Assembly: GCA_030141605.1 (NCBI GenBank)
Contig: JAQGDQ010000800.1
Span: 1-64,000 of the forward strand
Direction: 5' to 3'
DNA: 64,000 nucleotides
Source: Tubiluchus corallicola
Lineage: Eukaryota; Animalia; Priapulida
The notes under the pieces are model-generated. The model was not told where the DNA came from, did not search any database, and saw only the letters and a program-made list of their open reading frames with translations. Shown here piece after piece: positions 1-14,149 of the stretch; the first letter of the stretch is position 1, and every line of letters starts with the position of its first letter. Made by a program: the position numbers and the translations under genes.

Positions 1-910
1 CATGTGTAAAGGAACGGACCACACGCGGCCATGTTACCTTCCTTGCAAGTGACGTAACACAATGCAGCGTCTCGATCATAACACTTCGTTCTCAAGTGAT
101 CACATTTCGAGTTTGATTGCGCCTCCGAGACTACAATGTAAGAAAACAACACGTATAATATGACTGATATTTTCATATTTCATCGAATTCCTAAAATTTT
201 GGCACAATTGGAAATGTCTTCACCAAAATTTGAGAAGTTTCTGTTGTTAAAACAAACAAAAACAGTTCGCGTTTAACCGAGAAACTTGTAACTTGTTGAG
301 CTCTGTTCCTGTTACACTTTCGCGTGTTTACCACACCGTATAAATCTATTATCGTTGATTCAGTGTTTCCAAGGGTCATTACACTTATGCTTTACGGAAC
401 ATCTTACAAAATGTTCTTAGTAAGTGAACAATAGCCAAAGTCACGGTCAATAGAGCTGCCAAAGAAGAAATATGAGGCTAAACTAGCAGATTTGTATTTA
501 CGTAATCTCTTCCCTTTCAGACTATAAACTTATATATATTATATTAATTCTTTATTTCTCATTAAAATGGTTCACTCATTATAATAAAATTGAGTAAGCC
601 ACAGCGTAATGTTAAAATAACAACACTGTTCAACACAAATGGGTCCAGTGCAGACTAAAAAAAACTAAAGTGCAAAACTAAGGCCTAATTATATACAATA
701 AATGAACATATTTACAAACACCATATTAAAATATTTTTACAAAACAATATTACAAAAGTACATTAAATTTTACATGACATATTTTACACTATATATACAT
801 TTGACATGACACAATTAACAGAAACATGCTTTACATTACATAAATTTCACTCATTACATTTACACTTTTTATACATTTGACATTACAAAACTAAAATAAC
901 ACGTATTACA

Positions 911-1306
911 TTACATAATTTTTTTAAAAAAATTCATTTTTAATCGTTTTATGGAGTCAGGGGAGGGGCGGGGGTAGATGAAAGTTGAGTCTGTGTAATT
1001 AGTATCAGATGCACAATGTGGAAGTTGAAACCTGTTATATTGATATTCTTTTAATTTCTTTTTAAAGTGGTGGAGAGATTCTATTTGTTTTATTTCACTG
1101 GGTAGTAAATTCCATAAATGTATGTCCTGTTTTGATATAGAGTTATTTCCAAATTTATTGTTTACTGTAATTTGCTTTAAATTGTATGTTCTATTGTGTA
1201 AAGTGGTATCACGAATGAATGCTAAGGGATTGTTTATAAATGGAATGCTCAGTTTATTGATATATTTATAAAGAAATATCAGTGTTTTGTAGATGTTAGT
1301 GAACAC
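911..1306 (-). mobile_element. LINE (CR1/L2-like) 3' fragment
   Basis: ORF2 C-terminal motif HLWNLLPSEIKQIESLHHFKKKLK. Confidence 0.7.
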
Positions 1307-1486
1307 TTGTTTACTGTTAGCGTAAAACTATCGTTTAAATATTTATAATTTTATTACCAAGATTATTATTAGTCATAGCACAAACGCACCATTTCGAAAC
1401 CAAACTTTTGAAAAGCAGAAATCGTGAAAAAGTCAGAGCTGGATTTGAAACATGGACGTTCTCTCTAACGATCATCACGATCAAAA

Positions 1487-2092
1487 CTTTACACGTCAAA
1501 TGTAGACACAGGAAAGTTTAAATGTGACTTAGGTAAGTCAAATGTAGACATAGGAAAGTTTAAATGTGACTTAGGTAAGTCAAATGTAGACATAGGACAT
1601 TTGACTTGACATGTGTCTACATTTGACTTACCAAAAACGCTTAAGATTTGTTGAAAACCATTGTTAAGACATTTGATCTACCTAAGTCTACATTTGAGTT
1701 ACCAAGACACATTTGAATTACCTAAATCTACATTTGACTTAACGTTCGTCTACATTTGACATGTAAAACCTATAATACAGGGCACATTAGGTAATTCAAA
1801 TGTGTCTTGGTAACTCAAATGTAGACTTAGGTAGTTCAAATGTGTTAACAATGGTTTTCAACAAATCTTGAGTGCTTTTGGTAAGTCATTTGAAATTCCT
1901 ATCTCTACATTTGACTTACCTAAGTCACATTTGAGTTACCAAAACACATGTCGAAATTCCTATGTCTACATTTGACTTACCTAAGTCACATTTGAGTTAC
2001 CAAAACACATTCGAAATTCCTATGTCTACATTTGACTTACCTAAGTCACATTTGAACTTTCCTGTGTCTACATTTGACGTGTAAAACCTATA
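1487..2092. repeat. Fold-back element built of ~21-bp TCAAATGT subrepeats; other copies at 2687-3355 (interrupted) and 29411-29905
   Basis: Arms TTTTACACGTCAAATGTAGACACAGGAAAG / CTTTCCTGTGTCTACATTTGACGTGTAAAACCTATA; the subrepeats switch orientation internally. Confidence 0.8.
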
Positions 2093-4225
2093 GTATATGT
2101 ATTCTAGGCAAAAACCGTATACTATACGATCTTTAATGCGTAATACTAAATCTACCTTCAATCGTTTTTCTCAATTCATTTACTTACTTGTTAATCACTG
2201 CTCTTTGTTAATAATTATTATTTTTTCGCTAAATTTCTGCAGTTATTAGTTTCTTCTTATTTTTCGATCTTTGTACTTTATAAAATAAGTTTATTTCATG
2301 TTTATCGCACCAAATTAAATCTGTATTGCCGTTCTTGTTAATATTGGTTTGGGCGTATATACAGCTAACTTTTTATTACTAGTTTACCTGCTGTTTCTAA
2401 AAATTTATATCGCTTAATTGTTTACAAGTACGATAAACTATGTCAAGCAACAGTAAGAAACCGGATAAGGTACAGTCATTTTGGCATGTGAGTGCAAAAA
2501 GTAAAATTTTGAGTCGCATTCATGATTCTTTGGTGTAGGGGAACCGTATCCGGTTTTCGTGCGAGGAACCTAGGTTCAATGCCGAGGAAGCTTTCGTTTT
2601 TTACTGTCTTTAATTCTTTAGTGTACTGCAGGGGATAAGTCGTTGGTTTAGGTACTGACACGAGCTTACACGCATTATAACGCTCTATAGGTCTTACATG
2701 TCAAATGTAGACCTGCGTTACCTCAAATGTAGATTTAGTTAATTCAAATGTGTCTTGGTAACTCAAAGGTAGACTTAGGTAGTTCAAATGTGTTAACAAT
2801 GATGTTCAACAAATCTTAAGCGTTTTTGGTAAGTCAAATGTGACATTGGTATCTCAAATGTGGATATGTGGTAAAGTTTAAGGATGTTAAATTTAATCTA
2901 CTTTAATCTTAATTTAATAATTGCTGTGAAAATAATAACTTTATAGGTCTACTAATAGTTCACTAAAATGCTGTAAATTTTACATACCACTGGAACTGTT
3001 AGAGAAAAAATGCATTCTTAAAATAAACAATGTTCCTTGAGAGAAACTAATTCATTAATGCAGTGCTAATGCATTACTTAAAAAACTAATTAGTGATTCA
3101 CTGTTCTATGGGCAGGGATAAACAACACATTTTTAAAAGTTATGAAAAAGGTGTTGACTATCTTTGGTTTATCTTTTTCTAATTTGCACTTAAATGAGTT
3201 AATTACCTATTCATTCAAAGTAATGCATCTACATTTGACTTACCTAAGTCACATTTGAGTTGCCAAAACACATTGGAAATTCCTATGTCTACATTTGACT
3301 TTCCTAAGTTACATTTGAACTTTCCTGTGTCTACATTTGACGTGTAAAACCTATAGCAACGTAACAATTTGGAATTGAAAGTAGGCATGAAATGATCGCG
3401 ATTTTGAAGTGACTTTACCTATTACACACTTTTATTACTAAATTTTTCTAACATTTTTTGCGGGCATTGAAATAACTTCCAGAAGGCGTGGTGTTTCCTT
3501 TAACTTTCTGTAAATAATTATTAAAGGAAGATAGGATGATTTTTCATATACTTCCCCATTTTCAAGTCTGACAAAAAGTACACATTTTATCACAATTAAT
3601 ATTCCGCAATCGTTTCTAACAACTAAATAATAGATTAAAAGCTTATTTAAGGGCCGGAGGGCCCAACTGTTGATGACATCACAAACTAACATAATTTTCA
3701 ACAGCAAAAATATTCTACGAGCGTTTTAATCTTGTTTGCGAAACTATGCAAGTTTTAAGTTAAAAATTCAAAATTCAAATTTACTTGTGTGCTTACGCAT
3801 GAGTGTGTAGTTTGTCTGAATATTACAAAGCACACAAAGAAGATGCATGACATCATACAGTAATGGACAAAGTTACGTGACTAAACAACTAGAATATTCA
3901 TAAAGCTGACTCAGGTTAAAGCAAAGATATTCTTCTAGCAAACATTACTAAGAGTCTAAGTTGACAGACATTTTGTGCTAGCAAAAACACTTCAAAAGTA
4001 TTGATCTTTGATATTACACCTATTTTCAAACGTACAAACAACTCAAGTTTAGATGAAATCCGTTTAAAAACAGCATCACTCAAGGAAGTACATATTTTTG
4101 TAATCGAAAAGGTGTTGACTTACTAAGTAAGTTTTGAAATTCTTAATTAATATGCAATTTATTATTCATTGTGTAACATATATTTTCGTTTTTATGCTAA
4201 ATTTATATTGGATATATATTATTGT

Positions 4226-4228
<3 letters not shown>

Positions 4229-4310
<82 letters not shown>

Positions 4311-4385
4311 TCTGTGTGTGTGTTTGTGTGTGTGTTTGTGTGCGCGCGTGCGCGCGCGTGTGTGTGAGTGTGTGTGTGTGCGTGC

Positions 4386-4424
<39 letters not shown>

Positions 4425-4449
4425 TGTGTGTGAGTGTGTGTGTGTGTGT
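4229..4449. repeat. (GT)n microsatellite
   Basis: Read directly from the sequence. Confidence 0.98.
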
Positions 4450-4750
4450 TATCTTAAGTAGTTGTGCAGTTGTGTGGGCTTAGTTTTATAATGTTCACGT
4501 TGGTATATTTATTTATTCTTCATTTTGAGTAGTTCTAACAGGGTTATTTTGTATGTAATGTTATGTTACACATTGTCTCATTGAAATACTATTGCGACTC
4601 AATTTTATCTTGTAAAGCAGGTAAAAATAGATGGTGCATTTGGCTGATTCTAAACTAAGTGCTACAAAATGTTTTAGTGAAATAACAAATAAATATTAAT
4701 ATTATATGTTTTTCAGTTACAATTGGCTTCACCATAGAATCATACCAGAC

Positions 4751-5014
4751 ATGCATGACACAGAAAATACAGATATGAAGCCACCTTCGTATGCTTCTGC
4801 AGCAACTCCACAAGCAGTACCTGCCACAGGCCGTGCTCCACAAGTTGTATTTCCTCCAATTTCTGCACCTCAAAGAGCAATTGCGCCTGAAGGAGCTTTT
4901 CCAACAAACTATCCACGTATAGTGAACCAATCACCTTTCACACAAGCCAATTTCACAACTGCTCAGCAACTAGAGTTTGCTGAAAAGTTTGCAAAAATTC
5001 TCTCTGTTCTACAG
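4751..5014 (+). CDS. MS4A: CD20/MS4A-like four-TM protein, first coding exon (Pro/Ala-rich N-tail with PPSY, start of TM1)
   Basis: Acceptor tttcag ends at 4716, ATG at 4751. The exon ends ...KILSVLQ at a phase-0 donor CAG|GTATGA (5015) and joins exon 7913 in frame. Confidence 0.8.
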
Positions 5015-5082
5015 GTATGAATATTTTGAGAGCTAAAATGGTAGTTTCAATTGCTGTGATTAAAACATTATATAGACTTATT

Positions 5083-6010
5083 CAGTGGCGTCGTGATATA
5101 GGGGCCCGTGGGGGGGAAGGGGGTAGGCCCCCCAATTTTTTACAAAATGTCAAAAACTTTAAGGGTTTTGGCGGCTTGTAATGAGACCAATAAGGTGTAA
5201 AATTTTGAGAAACGGTGAAATGTTCCACTGTAGCATGATATGCGATTATGTATAAACATATTTATGATTATTGATTGAATCTAATGTCAAGATGGAGAAA
5301 GTCACGACTCTTTGCACTTTCTACATGGCTGATCTCGATGAAGAAACCCTCGAGTTAGAGTACCGCTTGTTCACTCATGCGGTCACTGCAGACTCTGTTC
5401 CTGAACATGTCAACACAAACTGCATTCACTCAATATACTGTTATATGACTTGTGGACTGGACAAACTTTACCTAATGATCTCCATCGCATACCAGTTGCT
5501 TCTGACTTTGCCCGTCTTGCTCTTGTGAGTGATCCTTTTCTGCTCTTAAATTTGTCAAGAATGCTCTTCGCAGTACAATGAGTCAGACACGACTGAGTGA
5601 CCTGATGATCCTTGCAGTTGAGACTTGAAGTCTGTGGTTGAGCTCTTCTGGAGTGATGTTCTGCGTCGTTAGTACAAATTTTTAGTGCATTAATTCATAT
5701 CTTGGTGTAAACTGTAATACCTGGCATTGCTTTTCTACTATACCCTTATAGTCATCATGTAACGTACTCATGGGTTCCTGACAGCTAATAAATACTTAAT
5801 TAAATTTTAATTTTAAACTAACTTTTAATTTTAATTAAATTTCTGTAGCTATAGGTTTAAGTTAAATGCCAGTTGGGAATAAATAAATCGTTTTTCTTGC
5901 GGGCAAAATACTGGTGTGGGAATTCAAAATTATACGTTTTTTAAACAGTCAAGTTCCGCCATTATATACGGTCGGGCCCCCCTAATTTTTTTTGGTGCAC
6001 GACGCCCCTG
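5083..6010 (+). mobile_element. Internally deleted hAT transposon in the MS4A intron
   Basis: TIRs CAGTGGCGTCGTG / CACGACGCCCCTG; 8-bp TSD gacttatt/gatttatt. Decayed hATC dimerisation motif LLTLPV..CE*SFSALKFVKNALRSTMSQTRLSDLMILAVE. Confidence 0.88.
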
Positions 6011-6995
6011 GATTTATTGTTTTAGGCCTGAATAAATAAAGTTAAGGCAAAAGAAAAAAATCCCAGAGAAGGTCAATAGCCACTTAATGTCAGAGTTTTT
6101 AGTAGGATAATGCGAGTATCTCTTGCCATTTGGCGGACATGGGCATCAATTTTCGTAGCCTTGGTACCAAAGAAGGACAGGTGATTAGCACACTGCTAGG
6201 CAGCTTTTCTTCCCCTGCGCATGATCATGTAGTCAAATTAAGGCTCAACAAGTAAAATTAAGGCTAAACAATTATATCTGTTTGAAACATGATTCGAAGT
6301 ATCTCGAGCTGAATGGCATTTGAACCCATAACGTCTGGATCAGCTGACAACTGCCGTACCACTGGCTGCTGTATATTTCACAAATCTGTAATCTTGGCGT
6401 AGTGTCAAGAAAAATGAGGTGGGCCTTTATGAACAAATTAGTGGGATTTTGGGAACTAATGATGATAGATCCTAAGGGCATCATTTTTAGAAGTAGATTT
6501 AATGTAGCAACTGACCATTGATGTGTGGAAGCTGCAGAATTGACATCAAATGAGGTTCGTTATGGAAAAATCTGAAGTGCTAGCCAAGATATGACTGCAA
6601 TATTTCATGCAAGATCAATTAGTTGATTTGTAAAAATAAAATGTAACTTCAGCAGTAAAGAAATCTGGAATGCAAAATTGATATCTAATAATTGGTGGCA
6701 CTGCTCCTTCTTGCAGATGCATTAGACCTGGTTCATGCAAGACTTGTTCATGTTTTTTCATGCTTGAGCATGTGCTAACTGACTTGAAATGAATTTAAAA
6801 GTTGTGTTTAAGCTCATTTTAACCTTCGGGCTGAAATATGCATTTTATTACCTGGTAATAAATAATAGGTTTATTTACCAAAATGATTCCTAGTAATCAA
6901 TATTAAATTAGAAATTTAATTAAGAGCTAGTTATTGCAGCTAGCTAAGATCTTCCCATATGTTCCCATACAACTTTGCACAATATTTCACTAGCA

Positions 6996-7790
6996 TAGTT
7001 ATGGGAATCGATGCAAAACTTACGGTACGATTTCGATAAGCACATTACAAAAAATTGCGATACGATTTCAATTTCGATAAGTATTTTACAAAATTGTTTT
7101 ACAAGCTTTGTACACACTGTACTACACAGTTCAAACTGCGAGGCATCATTTTATGTAATTAATGCTACCAGATTTTGAAGTTAATAACACGATAATATAA
7201 ATAATATGTTTATTATTGCTAGAGCAGACAATTATCGCTGAAATGACACACCGATTTCGATATAGATGCTCTGTGAAAGTTGTAACTGTATATTTTTAGG
7301 TGCTGCCATCTATTGACTAATCACTTTACATTTACTAGCTAAACTCACCCTTAGTATAATTGTTCGGTCCAGTGAATATACATACTCACTGGATCTCCCC
7401 CTATTTTTACTGTAATGGTATTTGTGAAGCCAAGTTTGCATAACCTATATATATACTGGCTGGATTCTACTTCTAGTCACTCTCTGTCACGTTGTCAGTG
7501 CAGTGCAGCAGTCGTGATCCTCATTTTACTCATGTGTATTTGATCTAATAAACGTTTAAGTTTTGTGCAGATATGTAGTATAGTGTTTTATTCGTTTTCT
7601 ACAAAGTGTTCAACTACAATCTCATACATGACTTTCGCATGCTCTAATTGTATCGATGTTCTGTGGTGATAATCATTTATTTTATCATTTCGATAATGGA
7701 CAAAAAAATCAATTTTGCTTTGTATCGATTCGAAAATCGATAAAAAGATCGATTTTTCGTAGATAAAACGATAATCGATTCCCATCAATA
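6996..7790. mobile_element. hAT-like MITE containing a nested solo LTR
   Basis: Ends TAGTTATGGGAATCGAT / ATCGATTCCCATCAATA; TCGA-rich subterminal regions; imperfect TSD cactagca/caactagc. Confidence 0.6.
7272..7639 (+). mobile_element. Solo LTR
   Basis: TGTGAAAGT...ACTTTCGCA ends, perfect 5-bp TSD TGCTC, internal TATA and AATAAA. Homologous to 16936-17365. Confidence 0.8.
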
Positions 7791-7912
7791 CAACTAGCAG
7801 AGAAGTAGAATCCTGGGAATGGTCAGCTGTGTCACAAGTTTTGCGTACGAAATCCAGTTAGTGAAGTAAATTTAGTTTAGTTAGTAAGTAAAGTTTGTTT
7901 CTGTTTTTGTAG

Positions 7913-8377
7913 GTAGTGTGTGGCTGGGTTGCACTTATGCTGGAAATAGCAATAATAGTAGTAATAACTTCCGGCGCCTCTGGTGCTGGCATTTGGTGCG
8001 GAATTTTCTTCATTATTGCCGGAGGCTTAGGTGTCGGTGCAGCTGGGACCAGCCAAAAAAAGAAATGGTTGATTATTTCTTTCATGGTGTTAAGTATTCT
8101 TGCTACCATATTTGCAGGCATCCTTTTAATTTTAGCTAGTGTATACTTAACTGCTGCAGAATACTGTCAAATTGGCTGCCTATCTTACAATGCCATCATA
8201 TTAGTCAAGGTTGCTTTTTCGATCCAAATAGCATTAGCGTCTATAGAAATGCTGTCCTCTATTTTGTCTGCGTCCCTTTGCTGCAAGGCAGTTTGCTGTG
8301 GAACAGGGAGTATTCCAGGAGTTGTATATCACGTACCTGGCCAACCAAGTGGAGTTTTTGCTACACGAGGAATGTAA
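7913..8377 (+). CDS. MS4A: CD20/MS4A-like four-TM protein, last coding exon; spliced product 242 aa
   Basis: Acceptor tttttgtag|GTA. The joined sequence LSVLQVVCGW...GIWCGIFFIIAGGLG matches the CD20/MS4A pattern. Four hydrophobic helices, a Cys pair in loop 2 and a CCKAVCC cluster after TM4. Confidence 0.85.
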   Translation, partial: VVCGWVALMLEIAIIVVITSGASGAGIWCGIFFIIAGGLGVGAAGTSQKKKWLIISFMVLSILATIFAGILLILASVYLTAAEYCQIGCLSYNAIILVKVAFSIQIALASIEMLSSILSASLCCKAVCCGTGSIPGVVYHVPGQPSGVFATRGM

Positions 8378-8863
8378 GTTCAACAACAAACACAGTTCGC
8401 AGGAGAGCAGTCTGTGGGGCACATGGGTCAGCCTCTTTATGGGTATTCTACGACAGCGCCAAGTATGCAGTAGATTCAGAATATAGGAAACATGATATAC
8501 AGCTAATTATTGAAGAGTACTTTTAAAAGTACAAGTTTTGTATCATTTGTATGTATACATTTTACACGTATTAACAAAGCAATGAAGCGCATATAATATG
8601 AAATAATAATAATATATATGTTTATTTTAAATTCGCTTTCTTTTCTTAAATTTGTTGTTAAAACTGTTACAGTCAACCATAGAATAAGTTAGGTATAAAA
8701 ATTATTATGGAGAGACCTAAAAATACAAAAATTCAAAATGCTAGATCAGAATAATTAAAGAATATTTAACGCAAGCAAAAAATCAATCATTGGCTCTTAT
8801 CAATCTAACTGATCTATATTGCGACCGATCACTCAATTCTCACTGAATCGTTCGTTATTTTAA

Positions 8864-9323
8864 CACTTTCATACCCGTTGTATCCCGTGGGATACGAGAA
8901 TATTTTCTGCTTTTAAAATGAATAAAATTTTAAAACTGACAGTTATTTGATCTGTTAATAGTTATTTTGATTTAAGTCAATAACAATAGACTAAAAATGG
9001 TGATAAAATGGCAAACTAGAAAATCTACATAGCATAGAAAACTGTGCAAGGTACAGTACTTTAGAGACGACTTCATACAGATCAGCATAGCATGCATACT
9101 AAATGTTTTAAATACTTTAAAAAATTATCAGCAATTGCAAAATGAAGCACATTTTATGCTTCCATTGAATCTCAATGTATCCCGTGGGATACAGGCTATA
9201 TTTAGCACGTGGGCACAGGTAGAAAAAAATGATTATACTGTGTAAACAAGATGGATATACTTGAACAAAACTACTAAATCAAAAAAAAATTTCTTATTAA
9301 AAAATAATTTGGGACTGAAAGGG
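8864..9323. mobile_element. piggyBac-like MITE, copy 1
   Basis: TTAA on both flanks, ends CACTTTCA / TGAAAGGG; near-identical to 16196-16653. Confidence 0.8.
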
Positions 9324-9911
9324 TTAACACTGATTCTCGTGCCAGTTCAAAAATTTGTTCAATTTGTTTAGGTCATCGATCGATCTTGGTGCTTCAATAT
9401 CATCTTTATCGTTAGAATCAATTATCATTATTATTACTGATGTATCATGATCGTCACCATTGTAACCATCATTTAGCTGTCATTGTTAATATCGCCATCA
9501 TTGTCGTCATCATCAACATTATTTTCTTAATTCACCTATTATTTTTTGTTGTTGATTCTTTTCATCTGCTGTAGCTAAGTCGTATGTAGGATGGTGGACG
9601 TAACTGAAGTTAGCTTCAGTTACACTCATGCCACTTCTGCGCAGGCGCATGTCAAGTTTATGGATAGAATAATGAAATTGTAATTCTATTCATAACACTG
9701 TATGGATAAACAAATAAAAACAAATTTAAAAAAGTTTTGCATGTTATTAATTGCTTTACATGCGTTTGATTGAAACACAAGCCATGTTCTACAAACATCA
9801 TAATAACGCTACGCATAAAAACTGCTGACTTGGTTTAAACATAATTTATGTAGGATTGGATCAGACAGTTTGAACAACGTGATTTAGGATCCTCACCACA
9901 ATAGTCTACTA

Positions 9912-11196
<1,285 letters not shown>

Positions 11197-12299
11197 AGTT
11201 TAAACATAATTTATTATAGGATTGGATCAGACAGTTTGAACAACATGATTTAGGATCCTCACCACAACAGACTTTATACACTATTTACAAGAACATTTAC
11301 AGTAAGAATAGACTATACTTAATTTTTAGTATACTTTAGTATACTAAAGTTTTACTACAGTGATACATTATACATGAGTAGTAGAAGACGGTTAGTAAAT
11401 ATTAATGTACGATTATTTAAGAATGATGCATTTCATATCAGATAACTGCTGACTTAGCAGCTTGAGGTTGGAATTTTCCAAAAAACAGCAAACATCAAGG
11501 ATTTATTGACCTTTAGAGGTTGGAATGTTTACTCTCGTTACTGATAGAGAGTATTATAAGGTAATACGACATCAACTTCAGTACTTTAGGTGCGTTGAGA
11601 GCGGTGCTATGTCACCGCTGCAGTTGATAATTATTATTGATGTGGTACCTATCTGATATTTCGCTACCCACCCCTTTAAGTAATGTAAAGTGCGAGAACT
11701 TTTCACACGACTTGAAATGTCCTTACGCAAGTGACTTTAAATTTGTTAAATTTGTTTAAAAGCACTGCAATTTCATTTTATTGTGTTTTTTCTCAAAAAT
11801 AAGTAAACGTTAAATTGTGAGTTTGCTAATAATTAGTAGTTTGGAACATTTTGTAATTAATTGACGTGCTCAGTAGGGATTATTTTAAATCATTATGAAC
11901 TGATCACTTTGAACACTTTAGTTTAATGAATGACAATCTTGTAAATTCATAGAACGTGGTATAATTAGTAAAATTACCAAATTAGGTTCATTTAATGTTT
12001 GTCTTTAATAAAGTCTACAACTACAGAATTAAATGCAAATTTGTAAAATGGCGATTTTTATTTTTTAATAGAAATGACGTATAAAGCACTACAATATTTT
12101 GTTGGAACATAGCCTACTAGTTTAAGGATGAAAGTTTGGACTGTATATAAAAAATAGACTTATTTAATAGCTGAAATTTCTTGCATGGGATTTTTATTGT
12201 TTTAACAAGAGAATTTAATGATATGACTAATGATCATAATTAAGAACTAATAAAAAATAAGATAAAGAAATTGTGAGCTTCACGACAAAATCGGCTAGC

Positions 12300-12734
12300 A
12301 TGTCATTTGCAAAAGTTTAAGACCAAAGTGATTTTTTTTTCATGAAAATTGACAAAACCATCGTTTAACACGGTTCCATCTAAAAACTATTCATTTATTC
12401 TTCTAGAAAATATACTATAGCATAGTTTGTATGTTTTTTATTCAAAAATAGTCACCGTCCTTGAACATTTTAGTACCTTGTATGGCCGCCGAAGTTGTCA
12501 ATCACTGCCTTCATTCTAAGAGGCATACTGGAAATTAGGTTCTGGCAGTACTCGGAAGTAATTTCTTTAACCCAAACGTCCTTGATAACTCTTCGCAAGT
12601 CTTCAGCACTTGATGGCTGCCTGTCTGACCACTAGCAGTATGATGCAATCAACAAAGAATCTGATGAAATCAGGGTACAGTATGATGAAAAACCCGAAAA
12701 CTCGAGCTTGGTCTTAAACTTTTGCCATTGACTG
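12300..12734 (-). mobile_element. Internally deleted Tc1 element (transposase C-terminus, both TIRs)
   Basis: TIR-like ends GCAAAAGTTTAAGACCAA / TTGGTCTTAAACTTTTGC...CTG|TA. The minus strand encodes VWVKEITSEYCQNLISSMPLRMKAVIDNFGGHT. Confidence 0.8.
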
Positions 12735-13070
12735 TACCTTTGACCTCTACTACACACATGACGTGATTTGGCAATTAATTATTACGACGCTATAATGGCG
12801 CATGTAACAAACCCAGTGTTGCCTAGGTAACCCAGTAACCTAGGTGATACGTGTGGTGTTGTGTGCAGTCACCAGATCTCCGTGCAGTGTGGCTCTTTTC
12901 TAACTGCACGGCTGTTCATTTTACATCCCAAAACGATGCTCACGCCCCACTCCCAGGCTCTATAGGCTGTCCATGGATAGCTGAGTTTCGGAGATGCGGC
13001 TATTTCAAAATTTTCCAAAGATGGCAAATAAAACTAGAAGAAACTGATGAGTAGCTAGCTTCATAGGGCA

Positions 13071-13656
13071 ATGCTTCTCTTTTCTCTATTGGTAGCTCTT
13101 CTGTTTTCTCCCGGATACGGTCAGGAATGCACCGAGAAAGATGCACCGATTCTGCACCCAACATGTGAGTTCAAAAGTTACACGTTTTGCACCATCCAGT
13201 GTGCAAAACATTCTAAGATTACGCATCCTAGAGATTTGCTGGACTTATTCATAACAATACCGAAAAAGGCACGGAATGTCCATGTCTACAACTACAAACC
13301 GGAAACACTTCCAGGAAACATGTTGCTCGGAAGGACGCTCCGGAACTTCAAACTGTTCGATGCACCTGGACTGCGGAGAATCTCCAAAAATTTTTTAAGT
13401 GCAAAGGTTACAGAAGGCATTACCATACAAAATGCGGGACACCTCGTACATATTGATTCAGGTGCCTTCACTAATCAGGACAGGCTGGAAAAACTGGTGT
13501 TGCGTCAGATGCCCAGGTTAGCAATGAAAAAGCTGAATTTGTCAAAGGCTGCAGAATTGCTGAGTGTGGTGATAGCAAGAACTGGCATAACGACTTTGGG
13601 CATGTTGCAGTTGCACCCCAACGTGACGGTAGAAAACGTCACTCTTCAATTAACAG
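13071..13656 (+). CDS. Cell-surface LRR protein 1, exon 1 (signal peptide, Cys N-cap, LRR module A)
   Basis: Signal peptide MLLFSLLVALLFSPGYG, 4-Cys cap, LRR-like repeats (LVHIDSGAFTNQDRLEKLVL). Phase-1 donor G|GTAAAA at 13657. Confidence 0.85.
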
Positions 13657-13783
13657 GTAAAAAGTAAGTAGGTAGGTAGGTAGGTAGGTAGGTAGGTGAG
13701 TGAGTGAGTGAGTGAGTGCGTGAGTGAGTAAGTAAATAAGTAATAAGTAAGTAAGTAAGTAGGCTGCTGGATCTGCTGATGGA

Positions 13784-14149
13784 TAAGGGTGAGCATTATC
13801 CAGCAGATGGCGAGTTCGAATCGAATCGAATTTCTCACTTTCGAATTCGAATCGAACCGAATTTCAGTACTTCGAATTGGAATAGAATTCGAATTGAGTT
13901 TCAACGATTTCCGAACAATTTTTGAACCACCAGTGAAAGCGGTCTAAGAAAGATCGTGCATATCACTCAATTCTTTCTTCAGTAAATAATTTTTTTTAAA
14001 AATTGTGCTAATTGCGTGACCTTTCTAATGATAAAGAACGTATGTGGTTGAGGTGCTGAATCATTCGAATCTATAAATTTAGGTTAAAATCGAATTCGAA
14101 CAAAAAAACTCGTTCGAATCGAATTCGGACATTCGATGCTTACCCCCTA
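13784..14149. mobile_element. hAT-type MITE
   Basis: Perfect 8-bp TSD CTGATGGA; ends TAAGGGTGAGCAT / ATGCTTACCCCCTA; many internal TTCGAA palindromes. Confidence 0.8.

Noticed and set aside
2515-2595. Functional tRNA gene
   Set aside because: Only Box A/B-like remnants; no complete cloverleaf. At most a decayed SINE head.
4134-4461. VC-repeat ORFs (also the ER/LS ORFs at 34214-34594, 44144-44499 and 53839-54204, and the poly-S/A/L ORFs at 20943-21290)
   Set aside because: Simple-repeat translation artefacts.
6260-6830. Coding-like stretch in the MS4A intron
   Set aside because: Multiple stops and no recognisable motif; probably a decayed transposon, cannot be assigned.
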